From Hylemonella sp. (GTDB lineage: Bacteria; Pseudomonadota; Gammaproteobacteria; Burkholderiales; Burkholderiaceae_C), in the NCBI GenBank assembly GCA_040382055.1, contig JBEIGE010000002.1:83342-147341 (forward strand): a DNA stretch of 64,000 nt. Reading direction: 5' to 3'. This document shows, piece after piece, positions 15,364 through 25,484 of this stretch; within the stretch, counting starts at the first letter, position 1, and each line of letters begins with the position of its first letter. Both the position numbers and the translations under genes were made by a program. The notes beneath the pieces were generated by a model. That model had not been told where the DNA came from, did not search any database, and was given only the letters and a program-made list of their open reading frames with translations.

Positions 15364-17373
15364 ATGCAGTTTTCAGCCATTTTGACATCGTTATTGATAT
15401 CGTTCGCCCTCACCGCAGGCCTGATATTGCCACAGGCCGTTGCAGCCAAGCCAAGCAGCGCCGCCGCCAACGCGGGCGATGAGCTCATTCTGGAAATGAG
15501 TCAGGCCTATAAAAGAGGCGATAGAAAGCGCCTGGCGGCACTCCTGCCCAAGGTGCAAGGCCATACGCTTGAGCCCTGGGCAGCTTACTGGGAACTGGCT
15601 GTTCGCCTGGGCGATGCCGGGCCTTCGGAAATCCGCAACTTTCTTTCGCGTTATGCCAACACCTACCAGGAAGACCGTTTGCGCAACGACTGGCTGCTGG
15701 TTCTGGGCAAGCGTCGGGATTGGGCTACTTTCAGTGCTGAGCACCCGAAGTACCGCATGAACGACGACAAGGCGGTGCGCTGCTATGCCCTGTTCAACGA
15801 GTTCAACCAGTCCGGCGCAGATGTAGCGCCTCTGGTGGAAGAACTCTGGTTGAGCCAGAAAGAGGCTGAAGACGGGTGCGCCACGGCGGCAGATCAGCAA
15901 ATCAAGGCCGGCAAACTCAAGGCGCATACAGCCTGGCTGCGTGCCCGGCTGGGGTTTGAGAACGACAGACCCGGTATTGCCACCCAGGCCGTGGCCATGA
16001 TCAACCCCGATTGGGTGTCTCAGGTCAATGCCATTTACGCCCGCCCGTCCCAGTTTCTGGACGACAAAATTACTGCGCTTCGTCCCCGAACCAAGGAAAT
16101 GGTGACGCTGGCCTTGATCCGGCTGGCCACCACTGACGGCGTGGCGGCGGCGAATGAACTCAACAAAATCCGCTGGAAAACACAGCTCACACAGGAAGAG
16201 CGAAGCTGGGTTTGGGGTGTGATCGGCAAGCGCGCCGCACGGCGTCTTTCGGACGGCGCCACAACGTATTTCAGCAATGCCCAGGATGCTTACCTGGATG
16301 GCGACCACCTGAGTTGGAAAGTGCGCGCAGCCTTGCGGGCTGGCGCCTGGAGTCAGGTACAAAGTGCCATTACGGCCATGAAACCCAGCCAACGCCAGGA
16401 CCCAAGCTGGGTGTATTGGCTGGCCAGATCCATTGCCGCCCAGAAATCCCCGGATGCGGCTGCGCAAAGCACAGCTTTGCTGGAATCCATTGCTTCCCCT
16501 CGCAGCTTTTATGAACAACTGGCGCAGGAAGAACTCGGACGGCTGATTACCGCGCCGGTGCGGCCAGAACCCCTGCTTGCGTCAGAAAAAGAAGCTGCCC
16601 TGCAAAACCCCGGGCTGGTGCGCGGGCTCTACGCCATTCGCATTGGCCTTCGTTCGGATGGGGTGCGGGAATGGAACTACACCATAGGCCTGCATCAAAG
16701 GGGCGGCATGGCTGACCGTGAGTTGCTGGCCGCCGCACAAATGGCCTGCGACCAACAAGTCTGGGACCGGTGCATCAATACCAGCGACCGTACCAAAACG
16801 CTGTTCGACTTTGAGCAACGCTTTCCCATGCCACATCAAAAGGAAGTGGTGCAACGCGCCACCAAGATCGGACTTGATCCGGCATATGTCTACGGGCTGA
16901 TCCGCCAGGAAAGCCGGTTCATCATGGACGCGCAGTCCCACGTGGGAGCCTCCGGCCTGATGCAGGTCATGCCTGCGACCGCCCGCTGGACAGCGCGCAA
17001 GATCGGCCTGACCGACTTTCAGGCGCATCAGATCAACGATCGGGACACCAATATCGCCATTGGTACCGGTTACCTGAAAATGGTGCTGGATAATTTTGAT
17101 GGCTCCATGCCTTTGGCCACCGCCGCCTACAACGCCGGGCCCAGCCGTTCGCGCAACTGGCGGGGCATGGAGGGCGATCCGGTGCTGGAAGCAGCCATTT
17201 GGGCTGAAAATATTCCCTTTACTGAAACCCGTGACTACGTGAAAAAAGTGCTCTCCAACACCACCAACTACGCGGCTGTGATCACAGGCAAGCCGCAATC
17301 CCTCAAAGCCCGTTTGGGCACGGTCGGTCCTGCGCGAGCCGGTAAAGGACAAACTGACGAGGAGCTGCCATGA
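15364..17373 (+). CDS. slt: Soluble lytic murein transglycosylase (Slt70-like)
   Basis: Signal peptide, a long alpha-superhelical region, and a C-terminal SLT domain with catalytic-Glu motif LIRQESRF and ASGLMQVMPATA...AYNAGP. Start moved to ATG 15364. Confidence 0.85.
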   Translation: MQFSAILTSLLISFALTAGLILPQAVAAKPSSAAANAGDELILEMSQAYKRGDRKRLAALLPKVQGHTLEPWAAYWELAVRLGDAGPSEIRNFLSRYANTYQEDRLRNDWLLVLGKRRDWATFSAEHPKYRMNDDKAVRCYALFNEFNQSGADVAPLVEELWLSQKEAEDGCATAADQQIKAGKLKAHTAWLRARLGFENDRPGIATQAVAMINPDWVSQVNAIYARPSQFLDDKITALRPRTKEMVTLALIRLATTDGVAAANELNKIRWKTQLTQEERSWVWGVIGKRAARRLSDGATTYFSNAQDAYLDGDHLSWKVRAALRAGAWSQVQSAITAMKPSQRQDPSWVYWLARSIAAQKSPDAAAQSTALLESIASPRSFYEQLAQEELGRLITAPVRPEPLLASEKEAALQNPGLVRGLYAIRIGLRSDGVREWNYTIGLHQRGGMADRELLAAAQMACDQQVWDRCINTSDRTKTLFDFEQRFPMPHQKEVVQRATKIGLDPAYVYGLIRQESRFIMDAQSHVGASGLMQVMPATARWTARKIGLTDFQAHQINDRDTNIAIGTGYLKMVLDNFDGSMPLATAAYNAGPSRSRNWRGMEGDPVLEAAIWAENIPFTETRDYVKKVLSNTTNYAAVITGKPQSLKARLGTVGPARAGKGQTDEELP

Positions 17374-18299
17374 AGATTCTGGTTTTGGGCGGCAGCGGCT
17401 TTGTTGGTCGCCATGTCATTCACAAAATGGCACCGCTGGATTGGCAAGTCACTTTGCCGACCCGCCGCGCAGTCAATGCGAGACATCTTCAAATGCTGCC
17501 TCGCGTTCAAATTGTTGAATGCAATGTGCATGACGAAGCCACGCTTCAAAAACTGCTGCCCGGGCATGACGCGGTCATCAACCTGGTAGCCATCCTGCAC
17601 GGTGATAAAAGCGCCTTCAACAAGAGCCATGTGGAATTGCCTGAAAAGCTGGCCAGGGCCTGTCTTGCCAGTGGCGTCAAGCGTCTGGTGCATGTGAGCG
17701 CGCTGGGTGTGGACGATCTTGACCCCATGCGCGCGCCTTCAAACTACCTGCGCAGCAAAGGACGGGGTGAAGCTGTTCTGCTGGACGCAGCCAAACAGGG
17801 CCTGCAGCTCACCCTGCTGCGCCCGAGCGTGATTTTTGGTGCTGACGACAAATTTCTCAATCTCTTCGCCAGTTTGCAACGCCTGGCCCCGTTTGTGCCT
17901 TTGGCCGGTGCAGAAGCGCGTTTTCAGCCCGTTTGGGTGGATAACGTGGCCCAAGCTGTTGTGAACTGCCTCAAGATACCGGCCACCATAGGCATGACCT
18001 ATGAGCTGTGCGGACCTCAGGTGTTTTCGCTGCGCCAATTGGTGCAATTGTCGGCCCGCCTGAGCGGCATCAACCACGGACGGGGCCGTCCGGTTATCGG
18101 CCTGCCAACCGCTCTTGGCTATGTGCAAGCCTTGCTGATGGAACTGCTGCCGGGCGCGCCCTTGATGAGCCGGGACAACCTCGAATCCATGATGGTGGAC
18201 AACGTCACCAGCGGAAAGTATCCCGGGCTAAAGGCGCTGGGCATCAGTGCGGGGTCGGTCACCGGGATTGCATCAGGCTATCTGCGGCCCACAAACTAA
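17370..18299 (+). CDS. NAD(P)-binding epimerase/dehydratase-fold protein (complex I NDUFA9-like)
   Basis: Rossmann motif MKILVLGGSGFVGRH. ATGA overlap with the slt stop. Confidence 0.7.
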   Translation: MKILVLGGSGFVGRHVIHKMAPLDWQVTLPTRRAVNARHLQMLPRVQIVECNVHDEATLQKLLPGHDAVINLVAILHGDKSAFNKSHVELPEKLARACLASGVKRLVHVSALGVDDLDPMRAPSNYLRSKGRGEAVLLDAAKQGLQLTLLRPSVIFGADDKFLNLFASLQRLAPFVPLAGAEARFQPVWVDNVAQAVVNCLKIPATIGMTYELCGPQVFSLRQLVQLSARLSGINHGRGRPVIGLPTALGYVQALLMELLPGAPLMSRDNLESMMVDNVTSGKYPGLKALGISAGSVTGIASGYLRPTN

Positions 18300-18326
18300 G
18301 CCAAGCAGCTCGAAAGCCCGTCCCCT

Positions 18327-19022
18327 ATGCTCAAACTCTTGATCGGCAACAAAAACTACTCCTCCTGGTCCATGCGACCTTGGGTGCTGCTCAAGCAGGC
18401 CGGTATTGAGTTTGAGGAGGTGATGGTTCGTTTTGACTCGTTCGAGGCTGGTTCTGCATTTAAACAAACCCTCAGCCACCATGCGGCCACGGGCAAGGTT
18501 CCCTTGCTGGTCGATACCCGCCATGACCCCCACCTGGTGATCTGGGATAGCCTGGCCATAGCCGAGTACCTGGCAGAGACTTACCCCGAGCACCGGCTCT
18601 GGCCGCAAACGCCAGCAGCGCGGGCGCGCGCGCGCAGCGTCTGTGCCGAAATGCACAGTGGCTTCTCCGCGCTGCGCAGCCACTGCATGATGAACATTGA
18701 GGCTTCGTTGCCGCAAGTCGGGCAACTCATCTGGCGTGACCAGCCCACCGTTCGCTCGGATGTAAACCGCCTGGTCGCGATGTGGCAGGCGCTGATGACC
18801 GAGCATGGTGGCCCCCTGCTGTTTGGTGCTTTTTCTGTGGCCGACGCCTACTTTGCCCCGGTTTGCATGCGCTTCAAAACCTATGCACTGCCACTGCCCC
18901 ACGATATCTCCGCCTACGTGGATCGCGTCTGCGCCTTGCCTGGTGTGCAGGCCTGGATACAGGGCGCGCTCACCGAGCATGACTTTCTCGATTTTGAGGA
19001 ACCCTACCGCTTGTCTCGCTGA
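18327..19022 (+). CDS. Glutathione S-transferase family protein
   Basis: N-terminal thioredoxin-like GST domain (LLIGNKNYSSWSMRPWVLL...VPLLV...IWDSLAIAEYL) plus an alpha-helical C-terminal domain. Confidence 0.75.
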   Translation: MLKLLIGNKNYSSWSMRPWVLLKQAGIEFEEVMVRFDSFEAGSAFKQTLSHHAATGKVPLLVDTRHDPHLVIWDSLAIAEYLAETYPEHRLWPQTPAARARARSVCAEMHSGFSALRSHCMMNIEASLPQVGQLIWRDQPTVRSDVNRLVAMWQALMTEHGGPLLFGAFSVADAYFAPVCMRFKTYALPLPHDISAYVDRVCALPGVQAWIQGALTEHDFLDFEEPYRLSR

Positions 19023-19042
19023 CACAGGCGAAAAGTAGCGGC

Positions 19043-20263
19043 ATGGACATTTACCTGGTCGGCGGCGCTGTTCGTGACACCTTGCTGGGCTTGGCTGTGA
19101 CTGACCATGACTGGCTGGTGGTGGGGAGCACCCCCGAGGAAATGACGGCCCTGGGCTTTGTGCCGGTGGGCCGCGACTTCCCTGTGTTTCTACACCCGCA
19201 AACCCATGAGGAGTACGCCCTGGCGCGGACCGAGCGCAAGACCGAGCGTGGTTACCATGGCTTTGCCGTCCATGCTTCACCCGAGGTCACCCTTGAAGAA
19301 GATCTGGCGCGTCGTGATTTGACTATAAATTCAATAGCAATTCATTCAAGATACAAAAGGCCGGACGGCACTTTTGACACCAAAAATTTAACCGACCCCT
19401 ACGGCGGCCGCAAGGATCTGCAGGCTAGGGTATTGCGCCATGTCACCCCCGCATTTCGGGAAGACCCGGTGCGTATCCTGCGAGTGGCCAGGCTGTCGGC
19501 GCGCCTGGATGACTTCTCTGTTGCGCCAGACACCCTCGCGCTGATGCGCCAGATGGTGGCCCAGGGTGAAGCGGATCATCTGGTGGCCGAGCGGGTCTGG
19601 CAGGAAATCAGCCGCGGCCTGATGCAAAAGCGCCCTTCGCGCATGATGCACATCCTGCACGACTGCCAGGCCTTGCAGCGTCTCTTGCCCGAAATTGCCA
19701 TGAGCGGCACCCTGATGCGCATCCTTGACACCGCAGCCGATCTTGGCGCCCCCTTGAGCGTGCGGTTTGCCTGCCTGGCATATTGGGGGGCAGATTCCAA
19801 TTCATTTGAAGCCAATGCGGCAAAAACGCCCCCTACACAAACGCCCCCTACTCAACTGATGGCTCAGTTGAGTGATCGCCTGCGTGTGCCTGTGGAGTGC
19901 CGAGAGTTGGCAGTTGTGCTGGCGCGTGAATCGCAGCCAGTGGAGAACTTCCTGAGTCTTGATGCCATGGGCCTTGTGAACTTGCTGGAGCGATGCGATG
20001 CCATTCGCAAGCCCTTGCGCTTTGCCGAGATCTTGCTGGCCTGTGAATGTGCCGCCCGGGCAAAAGGCCTGGCCGCGATGGCTACCTGGCTACCGGGCCA
20101 GCATCTGCAAGCAGCCCTGGCGTTGGTGCTCGCGCTGGACACGGCAGCCATTTCTGCGAAGGCGCTGGCTCAAGGTGTCTCTGGCATTGCCATTGGCCAA
20201 CTGATCCAGGACGCCCGGGTTCGCGTTGTCGCCGAAATCCAGCCACTGGCAGCACGCCCTTAG
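19043..20263 (+). CDS. cca: Multifunctional CCA-adding tRNA nucleotidyltransferase
   Basis: MDIYLVGGAVRDTLLG...DHDWLVVG...RDFPVFLHP...EYALARTERK...DLARRDLTINSIA is the class II nucleotidyltransferase head. A C-terminal HD-like region follows. Confidence 0.9.
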   Translation: MDIYLVGGAVRDTLLGLAVTDHDWLVVGSTPEEMTALGFVPVGRDFPVFLHPQTHEEYALARTERKTERGYHGFAVHASPEVTLEEDLARRDLTINSIAIHSRYKRPDGTFDTKNLTDPYGGRKDLQARVLRHVTPAFREDPVRILRVARLSARLDDFSVAPDTLALMRQMVAQGEADHLVAERVWQEISRGLMQKRPSRMMHILHDCQALQRLLPEIAMSGTLMRILDTAADLGAPLSVRFACLAYWGADSNSFEANAAKTPPTQTPPTQLMAQLSDRLRVPVECRELAVVLARESQPVENFLSLDAMGLVNLLERCDAIRKPLRFAEILLACECAARAKGLAAMATWLPGQHLQAALALVLALDTAAISAKALAQGVSGIAIGQLIQDARVRVVAEIQPLAARP

Positions 20264-21306
20264 GGCGAGAGTTCGCCACCCCCCAGCAATTCATGCTCGT
20301 AAACATGGACCGCCGGCAGCCCACCGGTGTGCAGGAACAAGACGTTTTCTTGCGGCTTGAAGTAGCCCTGGCGGACCAATCCGATCAGCCCGGCCATGAT
20401 TTTGCCGGTATAGACCGGGTCCAGCACAATCGCCTCGGTGCGCGCCAGCAGTTGCACGGCTTCCACCATACGCTGGTTGGGTATTGAGTATTTGGGTTGC
20501 CAGTAGCCACCGATGCTGATCACCGATTCGCGTGGGACCACCATCTCCAGCTTGAGCAAGTCGGCCACGGCCTGGGCTTCCTTGTGGACCAGTGGCTCCT
20601 GATCGGCCGGGTCGCGGCTGACCCCAATGCCCACAATGGGGATGTGAATGCGGTTGCCCAAAAACCCGGCCAGCAAACCACCATGGGTGCCTGAGCTGCC
20701 CGAACCCACCACCACCCGGTCTATTTGCAGGCCTTGCTCAAAAAACTGCTGCTGCAACTCCTGAGCACAGGCCACATAGCCCAGACCACCCAGCGCATTG
20801 GAGCCGCCACCGGGAATGACATAACCCTTGCGGCCCAGAGCCGCGAGTTCAAGCGCCACCTGTTCCATGGCCGCCATCATGGGTGTCCCAGCGGGCACCA
20901 CGGTCAAGTTTTCAACCCCCATCAGCCGGAACATGAAATGGTTGCCACTGGCATCGTCGTGGAAACTGCCAGGCACACGTTCTTCGATCACAAAACGGCA
21001 TTTCAAGCCCTCTTTAACCGCCGCGGCCAGAGTGATGCGACAGTGGTTGGACTGAGGCGCACCGCAGGTGATCAAGGTGTCGGCGCCCTGCGCCAGTGCA
21101 TCGGCCACCAGAAACTCCAGTTTTCGGGTTTTGTTGCCGCCCGGGAAAAGTCCGAGCATGTCGTCACGTTTGATCCAGATATTGGGGCCTTTGCCATCAG
21201 GACTCAGCGCTTTGGTGAAATTGGGCAGGAATTCCAGAGGGGTGGCAGCTTGGGTGTAACGGCGACGGGGGAAGCGGGATAAATCCATGGAGTCAAACCT
21301 CAGCAA
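20260..21306 (-). CDS. PLP-dependent D-cysteine desulfhydrase / ACC deaminase family protein
   Basis: TPLEFLPNF...IWIKRDD...GGNKTRKLEFLVADAL..GADTLITCGAPQSNHCR carries the Lys-PLP motif of this family. 4-nt convergent overlap with cca. Confidence 0.75.
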   Translation of the reverse strand: MLRFDSMDLSRFPRRRYTQAATPLEFLPNFTKALSPDGKGPNIWIKRDDMLGLFPGGNKTRKLEFLVADALAQGADTLITCGAPQSNHCRITLAAAVKEGLKCRFVIEERVPGSFHDDASGNHFMFRLMGVENLTVVPAGTPMMAAMEQVALELAALGRKGYVIPGGGSNALGGLGYVACAQELQQQFFEQGLQIDRVVVGSGSSGTHGGLLAGFLGNRIHIPIVGIGVSRDPADQEPLVHKEAQAVADLLKLEMVVPRESVISIGGYWQPKYSIPNQRMVEAVQLLARTEAIVLDPVYTGKIMAGLIGLVRQGYFKPQENVLFLHTGGLPAVHVYEHELLGGGELSP

Positions 21307-21501
21307 TCAGATGAAGCGGGCAATGCCACCTGCCACCAGACTGAGCAGAATGGTGGTGGTCAAGGGCAGAAAAAATTCGCGCCCGAAAAGGGTAAAGCGC
21401 AAGTCACCGGGCAAGCGACCGACACCGAGTTTTTTGAAAAACGGCGTGAACCAGTTGACCAACAACAGGGCCAGAAAAACAACGATAAGCCAGCGAAACA
21501 T
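21307..21501 (-). CDS. DUF2905-like small membrane protein
   Basis: 64 aa, two TM helices, central GRLPGDL motif. Confidence 0.6.
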   Translation of the reverse strand: MFRWLIVVFLALLLVNWFTPFFKKLGVGRLPGDLRFTLFGREFFLPLTTTILLSLVAGGIARFI

Positions 21502-21504
21502 GGT

Positions 21505-22725
21505 TCAGAGTGTATGCGTGCGATCGCCAGCAGAAAATCCAATGGCCGCCCAAGGCTCGCCGGTACACAGGCCAAGCACTTTGAACAGCTCACCCATTTC
21601 GTGCTCCATGATCAGTTTCTGGGCGTGAACACGCTCAGGCAGGGCAGCTGCTTCCATCAGCGGCAACAGCCCGGCATTCATCAAAAACCGCGCCTGGCTG
21701 GTGTAGCCCAGCACCCCCAGCCCGGCTTCCTGGGCGGCCAAAGCCAGCCCGGTAAAGTTGACATGTGCCGTGATGTCCTTGAGCCCGACCTTTGACAGCG
21801 GGTCGGCGTCTGACTGATGCAAGAAATGACACATCACGGTACCCATGTGGCGCTGCGGGTGGTAGTACTCACGCTCGGGAAAACCATAGTCCAAAAAGAA
21901 CATCGCCGAACCTTTGGCACTGCGGTTCAGCCGCTCGGCAAGACTGCTGATAAAGGCTTCTGTGTGCGGGTGAATTTCAGTCAGGTAGTCGTGAATACCC
22001 GCCAACGGCACTGGTGGGCGAAGCTCGGTAGGACGGTCTGCCCATTCAAATTCATCGTCAGGCGCTGCGCTGACTGCATCGCCAGAGATCAGCGCTTCGC
22101 GGCCACGTACCGATACGCCGCGTTCGTACCATACGCCCTGGCTACGCTGCAACAGCTTCACCGGCATGGCGTCCAGAACCTCGTTGCCGACCACCACACC
22201 CTGCATGACATCAGGCAACTCGCTCACCCAGCGCACCTTGTGGGCGTATGCTTGCAGCCGTTCGTGCTGGCGCGCGCGCAATGTGCCCGACAGGTCGACG
22301 ATGGAATAGCGCTCAAGAGGCTGACCCAAGCCCTCCAGCGTTGGTATCAACTGCAAGGCCAGGGCACCCGAGCCGGCTCCGAACTCCCAAATTTCCCGTG
22401 TCTGGGTGACCTGCAGCGCCTGGGCAATCTGACGCGCCAGGGTCTGGCCAAACAGGCTTGATATTTCAGGCGCGGTGACAAAGTCGCTGCCTGGCACTTG
22501 CAATCCGTCTCGCATCACATAAGGCAAGGGACCAAACTTCAGACTGTCATTGGCGTAATAACCCAAGCCTGGGGTGTACAGCGCCATCGACATGAAGGTG
22601 TCAAAACTGATCCAACCACCGGCCTGGGAAATGGCAGACACAATCTCTTGCTTTAAACGCCCACTCAGGCTGGCAACGGGGGGGGTCGTTAAACTCATGG
22701 CTTTGGTCATCCCCAGAATTGTCAC
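21505..22725 (-). CDS. Class I SAM-dependent methyltransferase (DUF185 / NDUFAF7-like)
   Basis: FDTFMSMALYTPGLGYY...DFVTAPEISSLFG...WEFGAGSGALA matches the family pattern. The start is uncertain (22725, 22710 or 22698). Confidence 0.7.
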   Translation of the reverse strand: MTILGMTKAMSLTTPPVASLSGRLKQEIVSAISQAGGWISFDTFMSMALYTPGLGYYANDSLKFGPLPYVMRDGLQVPGSDFVTAPEISSLFGQTLARQIAQALQVTQTREIWEFGAGSGALALQLIPTLEGLGQPLERYSIVDLSGTLRARQHERLQAYAHKVRWVSELPDVMQGVVVGNEVLDAMPVKLLQRSQGVWYERGVSVRGREALISGDAVSAAPDDEFEWADRPTELRPPVPLAGIHDYLTEIHPHTEAFISSLAERLNRSAKGSAMFFLDYGFPEREYYHPQRHMGTVMCHFLHQSDADPLSKVGLKDITAHVNFTGLALAAQEAGLGVLGYTSQARFLMNAGLLPLMEAAALPERVHAQKLIMEHEMGELFKVLGLCTGEPWAAIGFSAGDRTHTL

Positions 22726-22728
22726 TGA

Positions 22729-23496
22729 ATGTCCCTTAATCCCCCGAAACGCACGGTTCTTGTCACCGGTTCAGCCAAGCGGCTGGGTCGCGAGATCGCG
22801 CTTGGCCTGGCACAAGCCGGTTGGCAAGTGGCCGTTCATTGCCGGGATTCAGTCTTGGAAGCTATACAAACAGTAGCAGATTGCTCAATGTCAGGAACGG
22901 TTAGCGCCGCATTTGAGGCTGATTTGTCAGATGAAGCCTCGGTTCGGGCGCTATTGCCGCGCGTGATCCAACACTTCGGCCACATTGATGCCGTGGTCAA
23001 CAGTGCTGCGCTGTTTGAACATGATGAGGCCAGCAACTTCGGCTTTTCTGCCATGGAACAGCACATGCGCTGCAACACCGGCGCGGCCATTGTGTTGGCC
23101 CAGGCCCTGCATGCGCATGTCTGCGACAGAAACGCCACAGGTGTCGTCGTCAACCTGCTCGACCAGAAGCTCTGGAACATGAATCCTGATTTTCTGAGTT
23201 ACACGCTGTCCAAGGCAGCTCTGGAAGCCGCCAACACGATGCTGGCCATGGCGCTAGCGCCGCAGCTGCGGGTGGTGGGTGTAGCACCTGGGCTGACCCT
23301 GACCAGCCACCTGATCAGCGATGAAAAGTTTAAGGCCTTGCACAAGCTCTCGCCCCTCGGACGTTCGTCCACACCCCAGGATGTTGCCTCTGCGGTTCGG
23401 TTTGCGATCGAGAACTCATCGATAACAGGCACCACGCTGATGGTCGATGGGGGTCAACACCTGACCCGCTTCGAACGCGATTTCTCGAAAATGTAA
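22729..23496 (+). CDS. SDR-family oxidoreductase (pteridine/dihydromonapterin reductase-like)
   Basis: TVLVTGSAKRLG cofactor motif and catalytic YTLSK. The stop overlaps the folB start (TAATG), a typical FolM-like context. Confidence 0.7.
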   Translation: MSLNPPKRTVLVTGSAKRLGREIALGLAQAGWQVAVHCRDSVLEAIQTVADCSMSGTVSAAFEADLSDEASVRALLPRVIQHFGHIDAVVNSAALFEHDEASNFGFSAMEQHMRCNTGAAIVLAQALHAHVCDRNATGVVVNLLDQKLWNMNPDFLSYTLSKAALEAANTMLAMALAPQLRVVGVAPGLTLTSHLISDEKFKALHKLSPLGRSSTPQDVASAVRFAIENSSITGTTLMVDGGQHLTRFERDFSKM

Positions 23497-23882
23497 TGCC
23501 CATGCCTACAACCCAAAATCACCAAGGGAACCAAACCCTGACGCTCAACGGTCTGCGCTTTAACGCCAGCCTGGGCATTCTTGACCATGAAAAAACAGCG
23601 CCACAGCCCATACAGGTCGACGCAGAACTTAACCTGGGATCCCAGCCGTTGCTGCCGCATGATGACGACATCAACCACGTGCTGGACTACCGCAAGGTGC
23701 GCCAGATCATCATTGCCGAATGCACAGCCACACATATGAACCTGCTGGAGAGCCTGATCGGCAAGTTGGCCAACCGCCTGTTGCAACTGCCCGGCGTGCT
23801 GGGTGTGCGGGTCAAAATTGTCAAGCTGGAAATTTTTGACGACTGCGAAGTGGCCATTCGCGCTGAAACCGGAACCTGGTGA
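23496..23882 (+). CDS. folB: Dihydroneopterin aldolase
   Basis: 128 aa. [20 protein letters not shown]...DYRKV...[10 protein letters not shown] matches the FolB fold signature. Confidence 0.8.
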   Translation: MPMPTTQNHQGNQTLTLNGLRFNASLGILDHEKTAPQPIQVDAELNLGSQPLLPHDDDINHVLDYRKVRQIIIAECTATHMNLLESLIGKLANRLLQLPGVLGVRVKIVKLEIFDDCEVAIRAETGTW

Positions 23883-23901
23883 GACAAGCAACGGAGCCAC
23901 C

Positions 23902-24819
23902 ATGAATACACAATGGATTGACACAGAGCCTGTTCCTCTGAAAAAAGAACTCAAGATCGAGCACGAAACCCACAAGCTCGAAAAGCGGCTGTGCCGCCAG
24001 GTCGGCCAGGCCATCATGGACTTCAACATGATCGAGAAAGGTGACCGTGTGATGGTCTGCATGTCGGGCGGCAAGGACAGCTACGGCATGCTCGACATCC
24101 TGATGAAAATGAAGCAGCGTGCGCCGATTTCATTCGAACTGGTGGCGGTCAACCTGGACCAGAAGCAGCCGGGCTTTCCTGATCACATCCTGCCCGAATA
24201 CCTGAAGAATCTGGGTATCGAATTTCATATCGAAACGCAGGACACCTACTCCATAGTCAAGCGCAATATCCCTGAAGGTAAAACCATGTGCAGCCTGTGC
24301 AGCCGCTTGCGCAGGGGCATTTTGTACAAGGTGGCAGGCAATCTGGGATGCAACAAACTGGCGCTGGGTCACCACCGTGATGACATGTTGCAAACTTTTT
24401 TTCTCAACATGTTCTTTGGCGGCAAACTCAAGGGCATGCCGCCCAAACTCACCAGCGACAACGGCGAGTTCATCGTGATCCGGCCACTGGCCCATGTGGC
24501 CGAGAAAGACCTGGTCCGCTGGTCTGAGCACCGTCAGTTTCCCATCATTCCGTGCACCCTGTGCGGCAGTCAGGACAACCTGCAGCGGGTGCAGATCGGC
24601 AATATGTTGCGCGAGTGGGAGAAAAAATTCCCTGGCCGTCTGGAAACCATGTTCACGGCCTTGCAAAACGTGGTGCCTTCCCACCTGATGGACGGCCAAC
24701 GTTTTGATTTCAAAGGCCTCAAGACCACCGGCGTCCCCGATGAAGCGGGCGATACGGCGTTTGACACCGAGACATTCAAAGCGCAGCTGATTCCCGGTCT
24801 GCAAGTGATATCGGCCTAG
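23902..24819 (+). CDS. ttcA: tRNA 2-thiocytidine(32) synthetase
   Basis: PP-loop [25 protein letters not shown], and [12 protein letters not shown] Cys clusters. Start moved to ATG 23902. Confidence 0.9.
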   Translation: MNTQWIDTEPVPLKKELKIEHETHKLEKRLCRQVGQAIMDFNMIEKGDRVMVCMSGGKDSYGMLDILMKMKQRAPISFELVAVNLDQKQPGFPDHILPEYLKNLGIEFHIETQDTYSIVKRNIPEGKTMCSLCSRLRRGILYKVAGNLGCNKLALGHHRDDMLQTFFLNMFFGGKLKGMPPKLTSDNGEFIVIRPLAHVAEKDLVRWSEHRQFPIIPCTLCGSQDNLQRVQIGNMLREWEKKFPGRLETMFTALQNVVPSHLMDGQRFDFKGLKTTGVPDEAGDTAFDTETFKAQLIPGLQVISA

Positions 24820-24836
24820 CCAGTCAGCAGGATGTT

Positions 24837-25484
24837 GTGTTTTCCAATATGAAAAAGCGCTTGGCCTTGTTGTTCTTCCGGGCGGGAATCGCAGCGGGAC
24901 TGTTAAGCCTGCTAACAGCCTGTTCAGGCCTTCGCCTGATCGACACCCGGGTGCAGGCGCTTGCAGCCCAGCCAACCAAGACTCAAGACCTCAAAGCGGC
25001 CCGCTACCGGTTCGAGCGCCTGCCCTCTCAGGCCGCTTCACCCCACGTTGAACGCCTGGAAGCCATGGCCGACAAGGTGCTGACGCAGGTGGGGCTGGTG
25101 CGTGACGATGCCCAAGCCACAGTGACCATCCTGCTGACTTTGCGCTCCAATTCTTTTCTGGCAGATCCCTGGGGAAATCCCATTGCCGGATGGAGCTGGC
25201 CTGGTTACGGGCGCTCTGTTTACGGTGCGGGTGGCATTGGCTCAGGTGGCTCGATGATCGGTTTTGGCATGCGCTTTCCACCGCCTACCGCTTACAACCG
25301 TGAAGTCAGCCTGATTTTTCGCAGCCTGGCAAACGGGCAGATTGTTTATGAAACCCGTGCCCACCATAGCGGGCCCTGGTCGGATACCGAAGCCATTGTG
25401 GCGGCCATGCTGGAAGCAGCCCTGATCGATTTTCCCAACCCGCCCGCCGGGATACGCCAGGTCAATATTGAAATCCCCAGATGA
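24837..25484 (+). CDS. DUF4136-like lipoprotein
   Basis: Lipobox LLTACSG. The rest has the size and composition of DUF4136 lipoproteins. Start may be ATG 24849 (MKKRL). Confidence 0.5.
   Translation: MFSNMKKRLALLFFRAGIAAGLLSLLTACSGLRLIDTRVQALAAQPTKTQDLKAARYRFERLPSQAASPHVERLEAMADKVLTQVGLVRDDAQATVTILLTLRSNSFLADPWGNPIAGWSWPGYGRSVYGAGGIGSGGSMIGFGMRFPPPTAYNREVSLIFRSLANGQIVYETRAHHSGPWSDTEAIVAAMLEAALIDFPNPPAGIRQVNIEIPR

Noticed and set aside
15391-16518. Long antisense ORFs in the track: 375 aa here, plus 18273-19280, 55224-56168, 37135-38115, 13745-14434, 16582-17352, 24130-24975, 6654-7253 and 25501-26142.
   Set aside because: Each lies wholly opposite a gene with clear family signatures (slt, GST/cca, hemL, fccB, LysR, ttcA and others). 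Their translations are Arg/Gly/His/Gln/Pro-rich with no motifs. This is the usual stop-codon-poor antisense frame of high-GC DNA.
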